Source: Flectonema sp. DT1601
Lineage: Eukaryota
Reading direction: 5' to 3'
Length of the DNA stretch: 64,000 nucleotides
Assembly: GCA_964019425.1 (NCBI GenBank)
Contig: OZ025784.1
Coordinates: 248,001 to 312,000, forward strand
The notes under the pieces were generated by a model. That model was not told where the DNA came from and ran no database searches. It saw only the letters and a program-made list of their open reading frames with translations. Position 1 is the first letter of the stretch. Each line of letters opens with the position of its first letter. The translations under genes and the position numbers were made by a program. Below, piece by piece: positions 21,581 through 34,371 of the stretch.

Positions 21581-22606
21581 GCTCGGATTGGGTGTTAGGT
21601 GCCCACAGGATAGCCTGGCCCATTTTGGGGGGGGGGGGGGTTTAAAAATATATATTATGAAAAAAAAAAAAAAAAGATTAAACAATGTTATCATTGTTTT
21701 TTAATTGATAAGAAGAAACTTCCTAAAGATAGATTTAAAGGAAAGCCATTCAAATTTTGTGTGTGTTGAATGATTTCTTTAAAAAGGAAACTGGTTTTCA
21801 AGAACGGGTTTTAGGGGTTTTCTGGGATTCAAAACAAAGAATTCCTGATCTTATTCTACACAAGTGTCTAAGCGTCTGCCACGATCCTGATATCTTTATG
21901 TCGGACCACACACTATACTAGCGGACTTCGACATCTCGTCCACACCGTATGTGGCTTTACAAAATATTTAGAACACTGTAAGAATCTTTCTGAGAAGCTT
22001 GAAATCATTGAGGAAACTCTCAATGAACTTTATACGAAACGATTATTAGAATAGCGATTGCAACTTTACCAAATAAGTGGTGCAAACCGCGGCGTGCAGC
22101 GGCGAAACGTCAGATGACCTCTCTTACTCCGATCAAGTAGTTCTTGGTAGCAGTGATAAGGGTTTTTCTTGGGCCTACAGAAACCTGAGAGAACTCAGAG
22201 ACACGAACCACGGCTCGCGTGTCGTGAACACCTGGACACCCAGCGGAATCACCGCACCGGAACGGGAGTTCGTTATCAGGTCAAACGACTGAGGGTCTGT
22301 CATGGTTCCGCATCTGGCAAAGGTGATGATGTCCTTCAAGATTACGAAGGACCTTAGATAATTACGTGGCTAACACGGGATGATCGCGGAGAAGACCGTC
22401 GAGGATGTTGACAACATGCCTTTGAAAAGGAAGTGAACACAATGATTGTGCATTTTTTTAGTTTTCGGAAATTGTATACCTTTCTGTTTTAGATTTGAAT
22501 GAATTATCTCTGGTTGTCTGTGGTGTGTTATTGTAATTAATTATTTCTTTTTTTTTTTAGGTTGGGGAAAAAAAAAAAAAAAAAACGAAATAACCCCCAA
22601 AAAACC

Positions 22607-25600
22607 ATGAAAAGCAGATGGAATATCGCTCTTAAAGAGTGTGTGGGAAGTGATTTAAAAACACTAGTTGGAGCGCTTGATGAAGTAACTGACTGGGTTG
22701 ATGGTCAGCAAGGAAAGCCTTGTAATCCAGCTCAGATTGGAGGAGGAGTTGTTAGGAAAAATTTAAATAAAGAAGTGAAGGATATTGACATCAGAGGAAT
22801 AAATCCAAGAAGAAATGAACATACTTCGTGGATACTCGGTCAGGTATTAAGACAAGATTTGCTAAGACAACTACCTCAACATCATCTCAAAGTAGAAGCT
22901 CAAAAAGCTTGGCTACCCGAGACAAGACATCCATTTGTTTACAAGTCGAGGCAGTCAGCTCTTGACGAGTCTGAAACAATAAAAAACCATCTTCAATCGA
23001 ATACTAAAACACCTTTAAAGGAAGCTACTATCACACGAGGAGGAGATACCTCAGTCGAATTAAAATCTAAACCACATCCGCTTCAGAATGGTGCTTCAAT
23101 AACAACAGAAGATAAACTCTCACTGGAACTTGAAGAAGAAAGAAGACACGATGCTCATATTAGAATGAAGTTTGAAATATTTAATAACAGGATTTCATCA
23201 AGACAGAAAAACCGTCAATTTAAAGGTGGCAGGATGGATGTCGATAAAGATGTATATCAATTCTACTACGACGGTGACGATCTCCAGTACAATCACACCA
23301 GACCGACGTTCTTTCAAAACATAGACAAGCAACGTGGGATTATCAGGAATCTTGCACAGGATTTAGATTCAGTCAGACTTAGAAATTTTCAAAATTATAT
23401 TAAAAAATTCTCCACCTTCGGATCACCTGAAACAGTCGGGGATGTTCAAAAAATGCTTTCAGAACAGAGATCTTTAGTATCTGATATGCACAACCAACAA
23501 TATGTAACTGGAGCAAAGGCACTAATGAGCAGTAGAAGAAATGCTTTCTTCTCACAATCAGCAAAGAAAAACAAAGATCTCTTAAACGAATCAATCGATG
23601 CTGAGAAACCACTTCTAGAAAGAGTTGTATCATCCAAGAGAAGCACTCGAAGACGTGGAGGACCTCTTTTAGGTGATGAAGCTCATCAGGAAGCTTTATT
23701 GGATATCGCTTCTGCTGAACGCAGTTTGAGATTCAGCAGACAAAAAGTAAAAGATGAAGCTTTTGGAGATTGGAGATCAAAACGGATGATGAAAACAGGA
23801 CACACACCTCTCCAACATCTTCCAGAAATAAAAAGAGCAACCTTTTGGTTAAATAACTATTCAATGCCTGGGTGTATTGAAGATCCTCGTGAGCACAACC
23901 CATTCATGCTGGCTAGAGATGCATCTCTTCCACTGACATCAGAACTGAGAGGTCATGAAGTTGGATGTTGGCAGTCAAATGACGGTGCTGGATTTCCAAA
24001 CTACCACCGAGTCATAGCTGAAAAAATAAAATCACCATTCGACTACAAGAGAGCAAGCCACAGAGTGATGTCTGGATTACAAGAAAAAGCAGTCACTGAC
24101 TGGAGACCAGACACCCCGGCTACTATAAATGCCTTCCTTGAGAGTTCTGGTCGCAGAGGACTCTTCAACAGAAGACCAATGACGTATGTTATCAACTAAC
24201 GTAACTAAACTTTAATAAAATTATTTTCATATGAAAAACAAATTCAACCAAAAAAACAGATTCTACGACAAGACTAATCCTGACCTTCGTTTAAATGCAG
24301 TTTGGGATGATGCGGTATGCGTACTATTTTATTTATTAATTCACATCCTTAGAAAAGATCTGTTTGATTTTTTCATTCTAATAAAAAAAAAATAACAACG
24401 CAGTTGGGTGCAACAATTCATGAGGGTCGAAACGATGAAATTGACCGAGTTGCTTTTTATGAACAGCGTCTGTGTTGGGAAAAGAGGAAGGAAATCGCAA
24501 TCGCACTAGGACTCGAACCAAAAGCGAATGAAACGACTGATGAAAAGTTTAAAAGAAGAGCAGAGTTGGACGATGCTGTTAAGAAAGCGATCGAAGGAGA
24601 GAACAAATCATTGCTTTCTGCAAATTGGGAAGATAGATCGCAGTTAAAAAACATCTTTTATGGAAGTAGACTCACATCGTGGAAATTTGGTGATAAGAAA
24701 GTGAACTTTCCTCTCAGCAATAGACCTCTCAAGGAAGTCCTATGTACGCTAACAATGACACAAGATAATGAACCATTCATGGGACCAGACGATGTGAAGG
24801 AACATTATTTTACTAAAGAATGGCTGTCTCATGATAGCCACATTTATAATATTCGTCGAAACGATCCGAGAGTCGGATACTTAGCTACCGCTGGTAGAAG
24901 AAGACAAAATTCCAACACGACGGACAGAGCTGGTAATTATTTTCAAATTCAAGATGCCTTATGGGAACTTCGAGTATACCAAGGTGAACCTGAACCCGGT
25001 CCCATGGACAGAACTTGGATTGAAGACACGTCACGTGTAAATATGATGAACCCTTCTTCATGGAAGGACACAGTTAATAATCTATCAAAGGAACTAGACG
25101 ATAAATTAATACCGAAATGGAGAACAAATCGAAAAGAGAATATTTCTGTTGTAGAACAACATGTTAATCAATTAGAAAGCAGTGGATCAAATTGGGGGAT
25201 CATGAGTCCTCAAGAAGTTGATTTCTGGAAACAATCTGATGGTTGTGTTGAAGGTCTAGAACTTCCTCGAGAGATGACTCATCCTATTTCTGGTACTAAT
25301 AATATCTACTCGATGAGGAATTTATCAAAAACTCCGTGGGATCGTTTAGCTGCTTCAGACCTTTCCAGTAAAGTTCTCAACCCAGAAGACAATCAACGAT
25401 ATGAAGACGCAACTACAAGTTATTACTTTCATCGTAATAGAGTTCATTACTACCGTTTGGGTGTTCAGAGGTTTAGGGCTTTTGGACCAGAATTGAAAGA
25501 GCTGAAGGAACTATCAGAAAGGATCATTCCACAGTCTATGGTTCATAAGATGAAGAATCACCATGCTGTTGCTCGTCACAATATCATTCCGCAGTGGAGT

Positions 25601-25732
25601 AATCACATTACCAGAAATGGATCTAAATTCGTTCACACTCCAAAGGTTTCATTCGACAACATCGGACTCCTCGACGACGTTGATGACTACATCAGAGTTA
25701 ACCCTCACCTCACTAAATGGGAAAATATGTAA
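22607..25732 (+). CDS. Uncharacterised 986-aa protein, 3 exons (22607-24183, 24260-24314, 24404-25732)
   Basis: Two GT-AG introns (24184-24259, 24315-24403) join the 545-aa and 442-aa ORFs in frame through exon TFYDKTNPDLRLNAVWDDA; polypyrimidine-AG at 22541-22560. Confidence 0.85.
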
Positions 25733-26163
25733 ATTATTTATTATGATGATGGAACTCAACTGTCACTGAGCAGTAGGGGAATCACATCACAAGAATTGAT
25801 TTATTAGGACAACTTCAATATTTTAGTGATGTTTGTACTTCTTTAGGAAGGAAAACAACGAAAAAAAAATAAAAAAATAAAGTGTAGTGTTTACCTTACG
25901 ATATTCGACAAAAAAAAAAATAGAAAAAAAAAATGGTATTGTGAGCGTTTAAAAAAAAAGGAGAGAAAAAATGGCATTATTTTTAAAACTTTATTTTCAT
26001 CACAGGGAATGGTTGTACAACAGCAGGGGGGGTATGGTGTCTCCTTTTTTCTAATTAGTTGCTTTTCTTTTTCATTTATAAATTAAATCGTTCTCCACCC
26101 AGTCAGTGAAACCAGTCACAACTGGGAGGTCAACAAGACAACACCAAACGTATAATTTAATAC

Positions 26164-27528
26164 ATGAGTTGCGGATACGAAAGCTGCGGCAGCAACCGGA
26201 GCTTCCGCAGCGTTCGCAGCAACAGCGAAGTGTTAGGAACAGGTAGTTCTTTATCCAGAAAGCATTGGGTGAGTGCAGGAGCAGTAGATACTTGTCGGCT
26301 GTGCTCTCTGGAGTTTGGATTATTAAAGAGAAAACATCACTGCAGACACTGTGGTGAAGTCATATGTGATAATTGCAGCCAATTTCGTTTTATCCTTGAA
26401 AACGAGTCTGGAGGGAAGGGCAAGCGACGAGTCTGTTCTTTGTGTGCAACAAAGTGCGAACAAGACAGGCAACACCCGCTATTTCATCTGCTGGGAACTG
26501 AACTTGGAGAACAATATTTTTATAGATTCTTACGAAGTGGTGATGATGACATCGATCAGCTCTGTGAGATTGCTGAGGATCCAGAAGTACTTGAAATCCT
26601 CTTTACTCGAAACAAAGTATCGAAAAAACACCGCCCGCATATAGCGGACAGACTTTACAATTTTTCAAAACTTACTGTTCCGGGAACCCCAGCAGCAGTA
26701 CCAGCTCCACCTCTAAATATAACTGAAATCATACCTGAGTCTCCTCCAAAGAAAACCATTCGCAAACCCAGCGTCCCCCCTGTAAGTAGCGACGATCATC
26801 ATTCACCTCCTGCATCTAAGAATCGAGGTCCTCGTACGAAATCTAAGAAATCCGGATCAGTCTCAACTCTCATGAAGGAAAAGACCAGACTTGAGAGGGA
26901 GATCCGACAGCAGGAACAGACCTTCAGAACTCTTCAAAAACGAGTAAGTGAAATGCAAGAACTCAGATGTGAATTAGCAGTACACAGAGTCAAAGAGTCT
27001 TGGGATGCTGAATACAAGGAAGAGACTCAAAAACAGTGGAGCGAAGCAGCAGCGAAACATGAAAAAGAAGTTCGTCATCGAAAGAATGGATTCGAACAAG
27101 ACATTCATCACAAACAGAACTGTTCTCTTTGTAAAGAACCACATTCAGGATGGGGTGGTGAACATCATTGTAGAGGTTGTTATCAGTCAGTTTGTACTAC
27201 ATGTAGCTCTGGTAGAAAGGGTGATCTCAGACTCTGCGACTGGTGCATGGCAGAGTCGGTTTTAAATTCAAAAGTTTGGCTTCAAAGAGCTTCTTCCTCA
27301 TCTCATTTTCGTAACCTGTGGCTCTCCAGAATGGACAAAACCTCTCAGGGACTCATAGCCCTCTCCGGGACAGTTTCGGAAATACCTGCGGAACGCATCC
27401 AAATAGCAGTAAACACAGCAAAAATGGCCTCAGCGGGAATCGAAGATGACTCTCTTCCGATGGAAACTGGTCCAGGAAGTAACACCCACCACGATTCGAT
27501 GTTGTCTGTTTTGGACAAGTGGGATTAG
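26164..27528 (+). CDS. FYVE zinc-finger protein with a coiled coil and a second degenerate FYVE
   Basis: WV..CRLC..F..KRKHHCRHCG.VICDNCS..RVCSLC; C-terminal CSLC..HHCRGC..CTTCS..RLCDWC. Confidence 0.92.
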   Translation: MSCGYESCGSNRSFRSVRSNSEVLGTGSSLSRKHWVSAGAVDTCRLCSLEFGLLKRKHHCRHCGEVICDNCSQFRFILENESGGKGKRRVCSLCATKCEQDRQHPLFHLLGTELGEQYFYRFLRSGDDDIDQLCEIAEDPEVLEILFTRNKVSKKHRPHIADRLYNFSKLTVPGTPAAVPAPPLNITEIIPESPPKKTIRKPSVPPVSSDDHHSPPASKNRGPRTKSKKSGSVSTLMKEKTRLEREIRQQEQTFRTLQKRVSEMQELRCELAVHRVKESWDAEYKEETQKQWSEAAAKHEKEVRHRKNGFEQDIHHKQNCSLCKEPHSGWGGEHHCRGCYQSVCTTCSSGRKGDLRLCDWCMAESVLNSKVWLQRASSSSHFRNLWLSRMDKTSQGLIALSGTVSEIPAERIQIAVNTAKMASAGIEDDSLPMETGPGSNTHHDSMLSVLDKWD

Positions 27529-28876
27529 TCGTTTTATTCAAGTAAAGATTTCCTTACTAGTTCGGTATCTTAATATTAGTTGTTGTGTGACTATTTTTTC
27601 AGATTATGACTTAAAATCTTATTATTATCGTGTTTTCCCTTTCCCCTGTGTCGTCGGTATTTTTGCTGTCTAACGATTAATAAAAATAAAAGACTCATCT
27701 GAATTTATTCTTTTTTTTTTTTTATAAAAAAATCTCCGCGGACTTTGCTGTTAGCGAAGACCTGACTAGTTGGGTAATGTCATTATTCTCTTTTATTTTT
27801 TACATAACAAAAGTATTATAAATTCGACGTAGTTGAGGTCGTCCTCTTGTCTTCTCAGTAATCAGGTTATCCTTAGTAAGATACCTCAAATAACAACAAA
27901 TAAAGTGTCATTGCTGTTCGTAAAACCAATTACCGTTGCTCCAGGTTTTTCTTCCGTGCGGTGCGCATCCTTTAAGAATTTTTTTTTTTTTTTAAATTTC
28001 ATGTTCAACTCCCTGGGAGTTGCTTTTTTTTATCAAACTAAAAGTACAAAAAAGGAGGAGCAGTACTACTCTACCTCATAGTCAAAACAGATTATAAGGT
28101 TTTTTTTTTTTTTTTTTAATACTTTTTATACCAAGACCATCAGCTGGGATTAATAAAGGTAAAAGGGAGATGGCGTAATTCTGTCGACACAAATTTCTTG
28201 TTTGAAAAAAAAATTAATATTTTCTTTGTTTAGTGTTCGTTATTTTAATTTTTGGTTATTTTCTTCTATCCTTTTTGTGATATATCCTCCTTTCTTTGGA
28301 GGATTCTTCGAGTGGTATGACTCTTTAAGAATAAAAAAATAAAATAAAAATAAAAAAACTTATTATTTTTCTTTCTTTCTTTCTTTCTTGTTTTTTTTTT
28401 CCCCCTTTTTTTCATTCCCTCGTCCTCAAGCAATCATCAACAAAGTTGAATTGTGAGCAGTAAAATTGTAATGTTCTGGCTTGTTGAATTATTGCTTTGA
28501 CAAGGGAAACTTGATCATAGTGAGGAAGAAAAACATTTTAGAGATTTTTTTTCAGTCTTATTGTTCTTGTTGTAGTTCTCACAAAAAAATCAAAAAAAGA
28601 TATCATGGCCTTGAGTACCCCCCCCTCTTTACTCTTACTTATACTTACATATATGGTTGCAGGGGGGGGGCTTCATAAATAATATATGTGTTCTTTTTTA
28701 AAAAAAAAATGGTATCCTTAATCTATTGTCAGTCATGACGCTTAGCACACATATGAATTATCTGTATGGGGTTGCCGCAACCATTAATATTTCTCTTTCT
28801 TAAAAACTCCTCCCCGCAGCTTACTGTTATACGAGTGTGGTGTGAGGTTGTGGGGGGGGGGGGGGGGGGGGGGGGT

Positions 28877-30854
28877 TAGGGGGGGGTACAAGCTGTCGAT
28901 AAAGTACTTTTTCCGAATTTTGGTAAATATAACCTTCCCGGGGGCAAAAAATACCCAGGACCCCATCAGAACCCCCAAAAATGTGATTTCGGGGCCGAAA
29001 AAACCTCGATTTGGCTGATTTCGGCAAAGGAATGAAAAATCTCAAAAAGTGTGGACCGTGTGGTACCTGGGGGTCCAATTTTGAGGCCTGTGAAATGCAC
29101 CTTCAAATAATTTTTTTTTACAATGAGAAGAGGTGAGTCTTGGTGTGCCCCTGTATGCGCAGTTTGCTAATATACCATTTCCGTATCAGTTTCCACCTCA
29201 AGAACACGCCACGAAAGAGAGCAGCGCTCTCGCCCGGCCATGCTTGAGGTCACGAGGCTCACGGGCAGGATAACGCAGCTGAAAACGATGTTCTGCAGGG
29301 CAGCTCACAAAGTCATTCTGCGGAGGAGAGCATTGATCCTAGAGTGCATGAAAACACCTCCCGAGACATCCCTGAAGTCACTCAACAGCACTTGGACAGT
29401 CAGAAGTAAGATACGCGTGAGAAAGGGGTCCAGAAACGTCCAGTATCTGAATCGCGATCACAGAAGGCTCAGAGAATAGAGAAAGCGTCACGTCTGTACC
29501 CCAAACAGGGATAAGCCTGAAGACAGCTGTAGTGGTAGTGCCTCAAATAGCAGTGCCATAGATAAGCAGCAGCGACATAGGGCAACATGCCCCATCCAAA
29601 AAGCCGTTCAAGGCATCACTTCAGAAGACCCAACCATACTCACCAGCGGGGCATACAAGACACTCTAGTACATGCAGCATTCGAAGAAGTACGGAAGAGA
29701 CATCCGCTTGCAACTGTACCCAAGCGAGGGGGATTTACTCCTAGAGTCTTGGAGTCGTAACTACACTGCAGATATTGCGGCAACAAGGGATCGGCGCAGA
29801 GAGATCCAACAAAGCCCTGAGTGAGTGACACAGTTGACGTCGCCGGTGCACAGACAGAAGGGAAGCGGGTCGAAGTCCCCGACTATATCTCGAAGGACAG
29901 TCCGACATGTTGATGAATTCACAGGTGATCTGTCAGTGACCTGACTTCTTGAAGCAGCAGCTTCCTTCTCACCCTCCATCACATCGCTGCAACATGATAC
30001 TTCCTCTAGTGCCCGTCATGCTCGTGGGCTGAAGCTAACAACCGTGGCGTTCGTTGTCCGCACCCCTCAAGGGATGGGGAGGTTATTCAGTGTGTTGTTG
30101 TTGATAGTTCTTAGTCAACTAACGGAACCATTGGAGTGAGGGCTGCCCTACTGATAACGTACAACATATTCCAGAGGCACACGGACTTCCAAAGGCTACC
30201 ACATCAACGCAGGACCACCAACCCTCTTCAGATTGGCAAGAACAAGCACAACAGGAAGCGCTACAGGGGCTGAAAGTACCACTCCGTCCTCACAGGGAAG
30301 ACCTCTAGACAGCAAGGCCTAATGCTAATCTGCCATCCGCATCCAAGGATTGGTCCTCTGTCTATCTTGTACAGAAAGAAGCACAGCTTCGAGCCGAATT
30401 TCGAAAGCTGAGCACATGGGATGTTCAAGAGAAGGCCAGTAGCCTAAGCATCGAAGATGGGGGAATTAACAAGGCCGGTCTGGTGGAGCATATTATTAAA
30501 GTTCAAATCAGGCCGATAAAAATAAAAATTGGGTTCCCATTTCATTCCCCACTCAACTCAGAGGGAAACCCTGGTTATGGATTGCTCAATGCACGGAATT
30601 ACTTGTAATTTTTGTGAGCCCTCCTAACACACCCCTTGTTTTCACCCCCCTCAGGTACCACACGGTCCACACTTTTTGAGATTTTTCAAAGACTTGTTCT
30701 AAAGTGCCGAAGAACTGTTTCTTTGGATCGCAATCCCCATTTTTGGGGTATATGTTGCAGTTTTCATAATTTGGGTGCCCAAAAAACTTGTTCTCCGGAA
30801 AAAAACCGAAAGTGCCCAAAATCTCCGTAAAATCGATGCTTGTACCCCCCCCTA
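28877..30854. mobile_element. Degenerate TIR DNA transposon (1978 bp) with bipartite inverted repeats, inserted in a poly-G tract
   Basis: 17-bp perfect TIR taggggggggtacaagc (28877-28893 / 30838-30854) plus an inner perfect 37-bp IR (29033-29069 / 30652-30688); GC-richer interior with broken frames. Confidence 0.82.
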
Positions 30855-31539
30855 GGGGGGGGGGTGTCTGCAGCATTTTGTGCTTTTTTTTTTAAATATC
30901 ATTATTCATTTTTTGTTCAATTCTTTCCTTTTATTTCTATCAAGGTCGATTGATGTCGTTCATGTGATTTCTTTTTTTGTTTCTCGCTTTTTTCAAAAAT
31001 TAAAAAAAAAACAAACATCTGATGAAAAAAAAAGATAAATATAATTGTTGACGACGGTTTTGTTATTATCTTCACAGGTCAGGTGGGGGGTACTCCTTTT
31101 AACTAGCGTCGCGTGCTGACTGACGGAGTCTTACTACTGTTTGAACAAATGTCTTGTTGTTTCCTTTTTTTTAAAAAAGAAAAAACTCCTCTTTGAGGAT
31201 TTTATTGTTATTTTGCCGCACTAACTACTGTCTGCTCGCGAATTCTCACTGCTCCTTCTTCGGTCTCTCAAATGACATAGCTTACTTTAGACAGTTTTTT
31301 TTATAAAAAAATAATTATATTGGGTAGAGAGGGGCCCGAATAGTTTCCCTTTACTTGTCCTGTTGATTTGGTTTGATTTAATTCAATGTTTTGTGTGCAC
31401 ACGTATTTAGGTTAAACCTGAATCGATTTTTTTTTTTTTTTTTTTGTTTTTATTTTACTCTATCCTGGCTTCTTAAGGAAAAATTTACACTCGCGGTGAA
31501 AGTCAGAAAGTGCGATATGTCACTCCTGGCTGAGTGTGA

Positions 31540-31573
<34 letters not shown>

Positions 31574-32396
31574 ATTTAACAACGAAAAATAATGTTGGCA
31601 GCACACATAAACCTCCTTTAGCTTTATCAGTTTAAGTCGGTTCACGGTTTCGTGCACAAACAAAAATTTAATTGCACACATGGTTCAGGGTTTAGGAATT
31701 AATATCCTACACAGAACACCGGCAGTCGTCAGCCCTCTTAGTCGATGCAGACACATTTTTTACACGGAGGGACATCATGGAAGCGATAAAGTAGAGCTAC
31801 CCTGTCGGATGGACTGCTGAAGGTCTCGTAGACCGCCGGGGGTGTAAAATTTCCATTCGAAGCCTCCCATCGTAAAATAAAAACGATTGTTTGGATGCGA
31901 AATCAGATACAGATTTTCATGTGGGTGGGTTTCCCACTCATGCGTGAAGTCTGATCTAATTTTCATTAAATCAAAATTGATCAATTTTTAAAAAAAATAT
32001 TTATTTTTTTTTGACTCTTTTTGTCAAATTCCACAGCCATGCATGTATCTAAAAAATGTGCACTCTGTGGTGTAGAAAAATGATGCTGTCTGAAAAAAAA
32101 AAAAACTTTAAAATTTAAAGAAAAAAAAAGAAAGGAAATAACTAAGAAAAATCTATCATTTTTTAAAACGCTAAGTATTTTTTTTCCTCCTCACCCGAGA
32201 CTGTTGGTATTCTTATGTTTATATACAACCAGGGCTGTTGACTAAAAAAAAGGTTGTTTTTTTTTTTAGAATCCCGGTCTCATCAAAATCACCTCATCTG
32301 GTGAAGTAATATTATTTATTTTATGGAATTGTCCATCCCTCCGACTAATGTGGGATTTTATAAAAGTAAAAAAAAATTGTTGAGTTTATATTTTTG

Positions 32397-32602
32397 TTTA
32401 TTTCAATTTTATTTCATTCAGACAGAGTCTTACATATAAAGCTACCAAGGGAATGTCGGATTACAAAGTGAAGGAGATTTGTCCTCGATGGTTCTAATAC
32501 ACTAACACAAGGCCGGGTGTAATGAAACCATGTACGATGAGTAGTCTTCAGACCACTACCGTGACTGTTCTCAAGGATATGAGTCGTGAACTTCGGTGGC
32601 AA
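32397..32602 (+). pseudogene. Partial tandem duplicate of the SAH hydrolase 5' end, interrupted by a 99-bp insert
   Basis: atttcattcagac..tataaagctac..gaatgtcggattacaaagtgaagga[insert]tatgagtcgtgaacttcggtggcaa mirrors 32627-32732. Confidence 0.85.
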
Positions 32603-32682
32603 TCTCACCCCTTCTTTTTTTGTTTTTTTATTTCAAATTTATTTCATTCAGACACAGTCTTATATATAAAGCTACTAACAGA

Positions 32683-33990
32683 ATGACGGATTATAAAGTG
32701 AAGGATATGAGTCTCGCGAACTTCGGTCGCAAGGAGATCGAACTCTCAGAGAATGAGATGCCAGGACTGATGGAGCTGAGATCTGAATATGGGGAGTCGA
32801 AACCATTAAAAGGATCAAGAATCGCAGGATGCCTTCACATGACTATTCAGACAGCTGTTCTTATTGAAACCCTCACCGCTTTGGGTGCTGAAGTACGTTG
32901 GGCGTCTTGCAACATCTTCTCCACACAGGACCACGCCGCCGCCGCCATCGCCGAACGCGGCGTTGCTGTCTTCGCATGGAAAGCTCAAACAGAGGAAGAA
33001 TACAGATGGTGCATAGAAATGACCCTAAAGGGATTCAAAGACGGACTCGAACCCAACATGCTTCTGGACGATGGCGGTGACCTTACCACAATGGTTATTG
33101 ACAAGTACCCGGAATTAGCTAAGAAGATAATTGGAGTTTCTGAAGAGACTACGACTGGTGTGATGACGTTGAATAAAAGATGCAGAGCAGGGACTCTACC
33201 ATTCCCTGCAATTAATATAAATGACAGCGTCACTAAGTCAAAGTTTGACAACTTATACGGATGCAGAGAGTCGTTAGTTGACGGGATCAAGAGAGCAACA
33301 GACGTAATGATTGCAGGAAAGACCTGTCTCGTAACTGGATTCGGAGATGTTGGAAAGGGATGCGCCTCAGCTTTGAGAAACTTTGGAGCTCGAGTGATAG
33401 TAACAGAGATTGATCCAATAAATGCTTTACAAGCATTGATGGAAGGCTATCAAGTTTCGACTATTGAAGATGTCGTTGAGTCTGTTCATATATTTGTTAC
33501 TACTACGGGCACTGATGATGTCCTAACTGGAGATCACTTCCCACATATGATGGATGACGCTATCGTTTGTAACATCGCTCATTTTGATACTGAAATTCAA
33601 GTTGATTGGTTGAATAAAAATTGTAAACAAAAAATTGAAATAAAACCACAAGTTGACAGATATACGATGTCATCGGGAAGACATATTCTGGTCTTGGCTG
33701 AGGCTCGAACTGTTAATTTGGGATGCGCGACAGGTCATCCTTCATTCGTTATGTCTGCATCTTTTACTAATCAAGTCCTCGCTCAGATAGAATTGTTTAC
33801 GAAGTCAGACAGTTATCCAATTGGTATTCAGAAGGAAGTCTTTCTCCTTCCAAAGGAATTAGATGAAAAGGTCGCTGCTGCGCATCTCCCAAAACTTGGT
33901 GCGAAACTGACGAAATTAACTGCTAAACAAGCTGAGTACATTGGTGTGAGCGTCACAGGTCCATTTAAGCCTTCCCATTACAGATACTAA
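32683..33990 (+). CDS. AHCY: S-adenosylhomocysteine hydrolase (adenosylhomocysteinase), 435 aa
   Basis: MTDYKVKD start, [64 protein letters not shown]-terminal HYRY. Confidence 0.98.
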   Translation: MTDYKVKDMSLANFGRKEIELSENEMPGLMELRSEYGESKPLKGSRIAGCLHMTIQTAVLIETLTALGAEVRWASCNIFSTQDHAAAAIAERGVAVFAWKAQTEEEYRWCIEMTLKGFKDGLEPNMLLDDGGDLTTMVIDKYPELAKKIIGVSEETTTGVMTLNKRCRAGTLPFPAININDSVTKSKFDNLYGCRESLVDGIKRATDVMIAGKTCLVTGFGDVGKGCASALRNFGARVIVTEIDPINALQALMEGYQVSTIEDVVESVHIFVTTTGTDDVLTGDHFPHMMDDAIVCNIAHFDTEIQVDWLNKNCKQKIEIKPQVDRYTMSSGRHILVLAEARTVNLGCATGHPSFVMSASFTNQVLAQIELFTKSDSYPIGIQKEVFLLPKELDEKVAAAHLPKLGAKLTKLTAKQAEYIGVSVTGPFKPSHYRY

Positions 33991-34371
33991 TCGTATTGAA
34001 ACTAAACTTCTTCTTCATGTTACCGATCGATGGTTCAAAAAAGTGTTGTTTCCCTTTTTCTTTTTTTTTTTTTTTTTTTTTTTTTTGTGAACCAAACAAA
34101 ACCATCTTCTTACTCGATTTCGTGTTTTTTAATAAAAAAGCAAAAAAAAAAAAGAAAATTCAGCTGCAATCACAGAAAGGGAGTTTTGAAATCGTCGTTT
34201 CTCTGCTGCTTTGATTTTTAATTATATTTACAGTTGAAGGGAAAATGGAAACAGAATGGAGGGGGAGGAGGGAGGTGTTGGTTATTCCATACTTTTTCGT
34301 AACTTTTTAAGGGGTTGAAGTATTTTTAATCTTTTCTCTTCACAGTTATAAAAGAAAACAGTTTCAGGATA

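Noticed and set aside
22562..22606. ORF-track starts at 22562, 32596, 35882 and 56862
   Set aside because: The extensions run through A/T tracts or splice-acceptor regions, and three of the four use non-ATG codons; downstream ATGs fit better
28870..28886. Telomeric TTAGGG repeat
   Set aside because: A single occurrence created by the transposon end within a G-run
31716..31955. SAH riboswitch upstream of AHCY
   Set aside because: The conserved core of the bacterial SAH riboswitch was not found, and the region lies upstream of the likely trans-splice site
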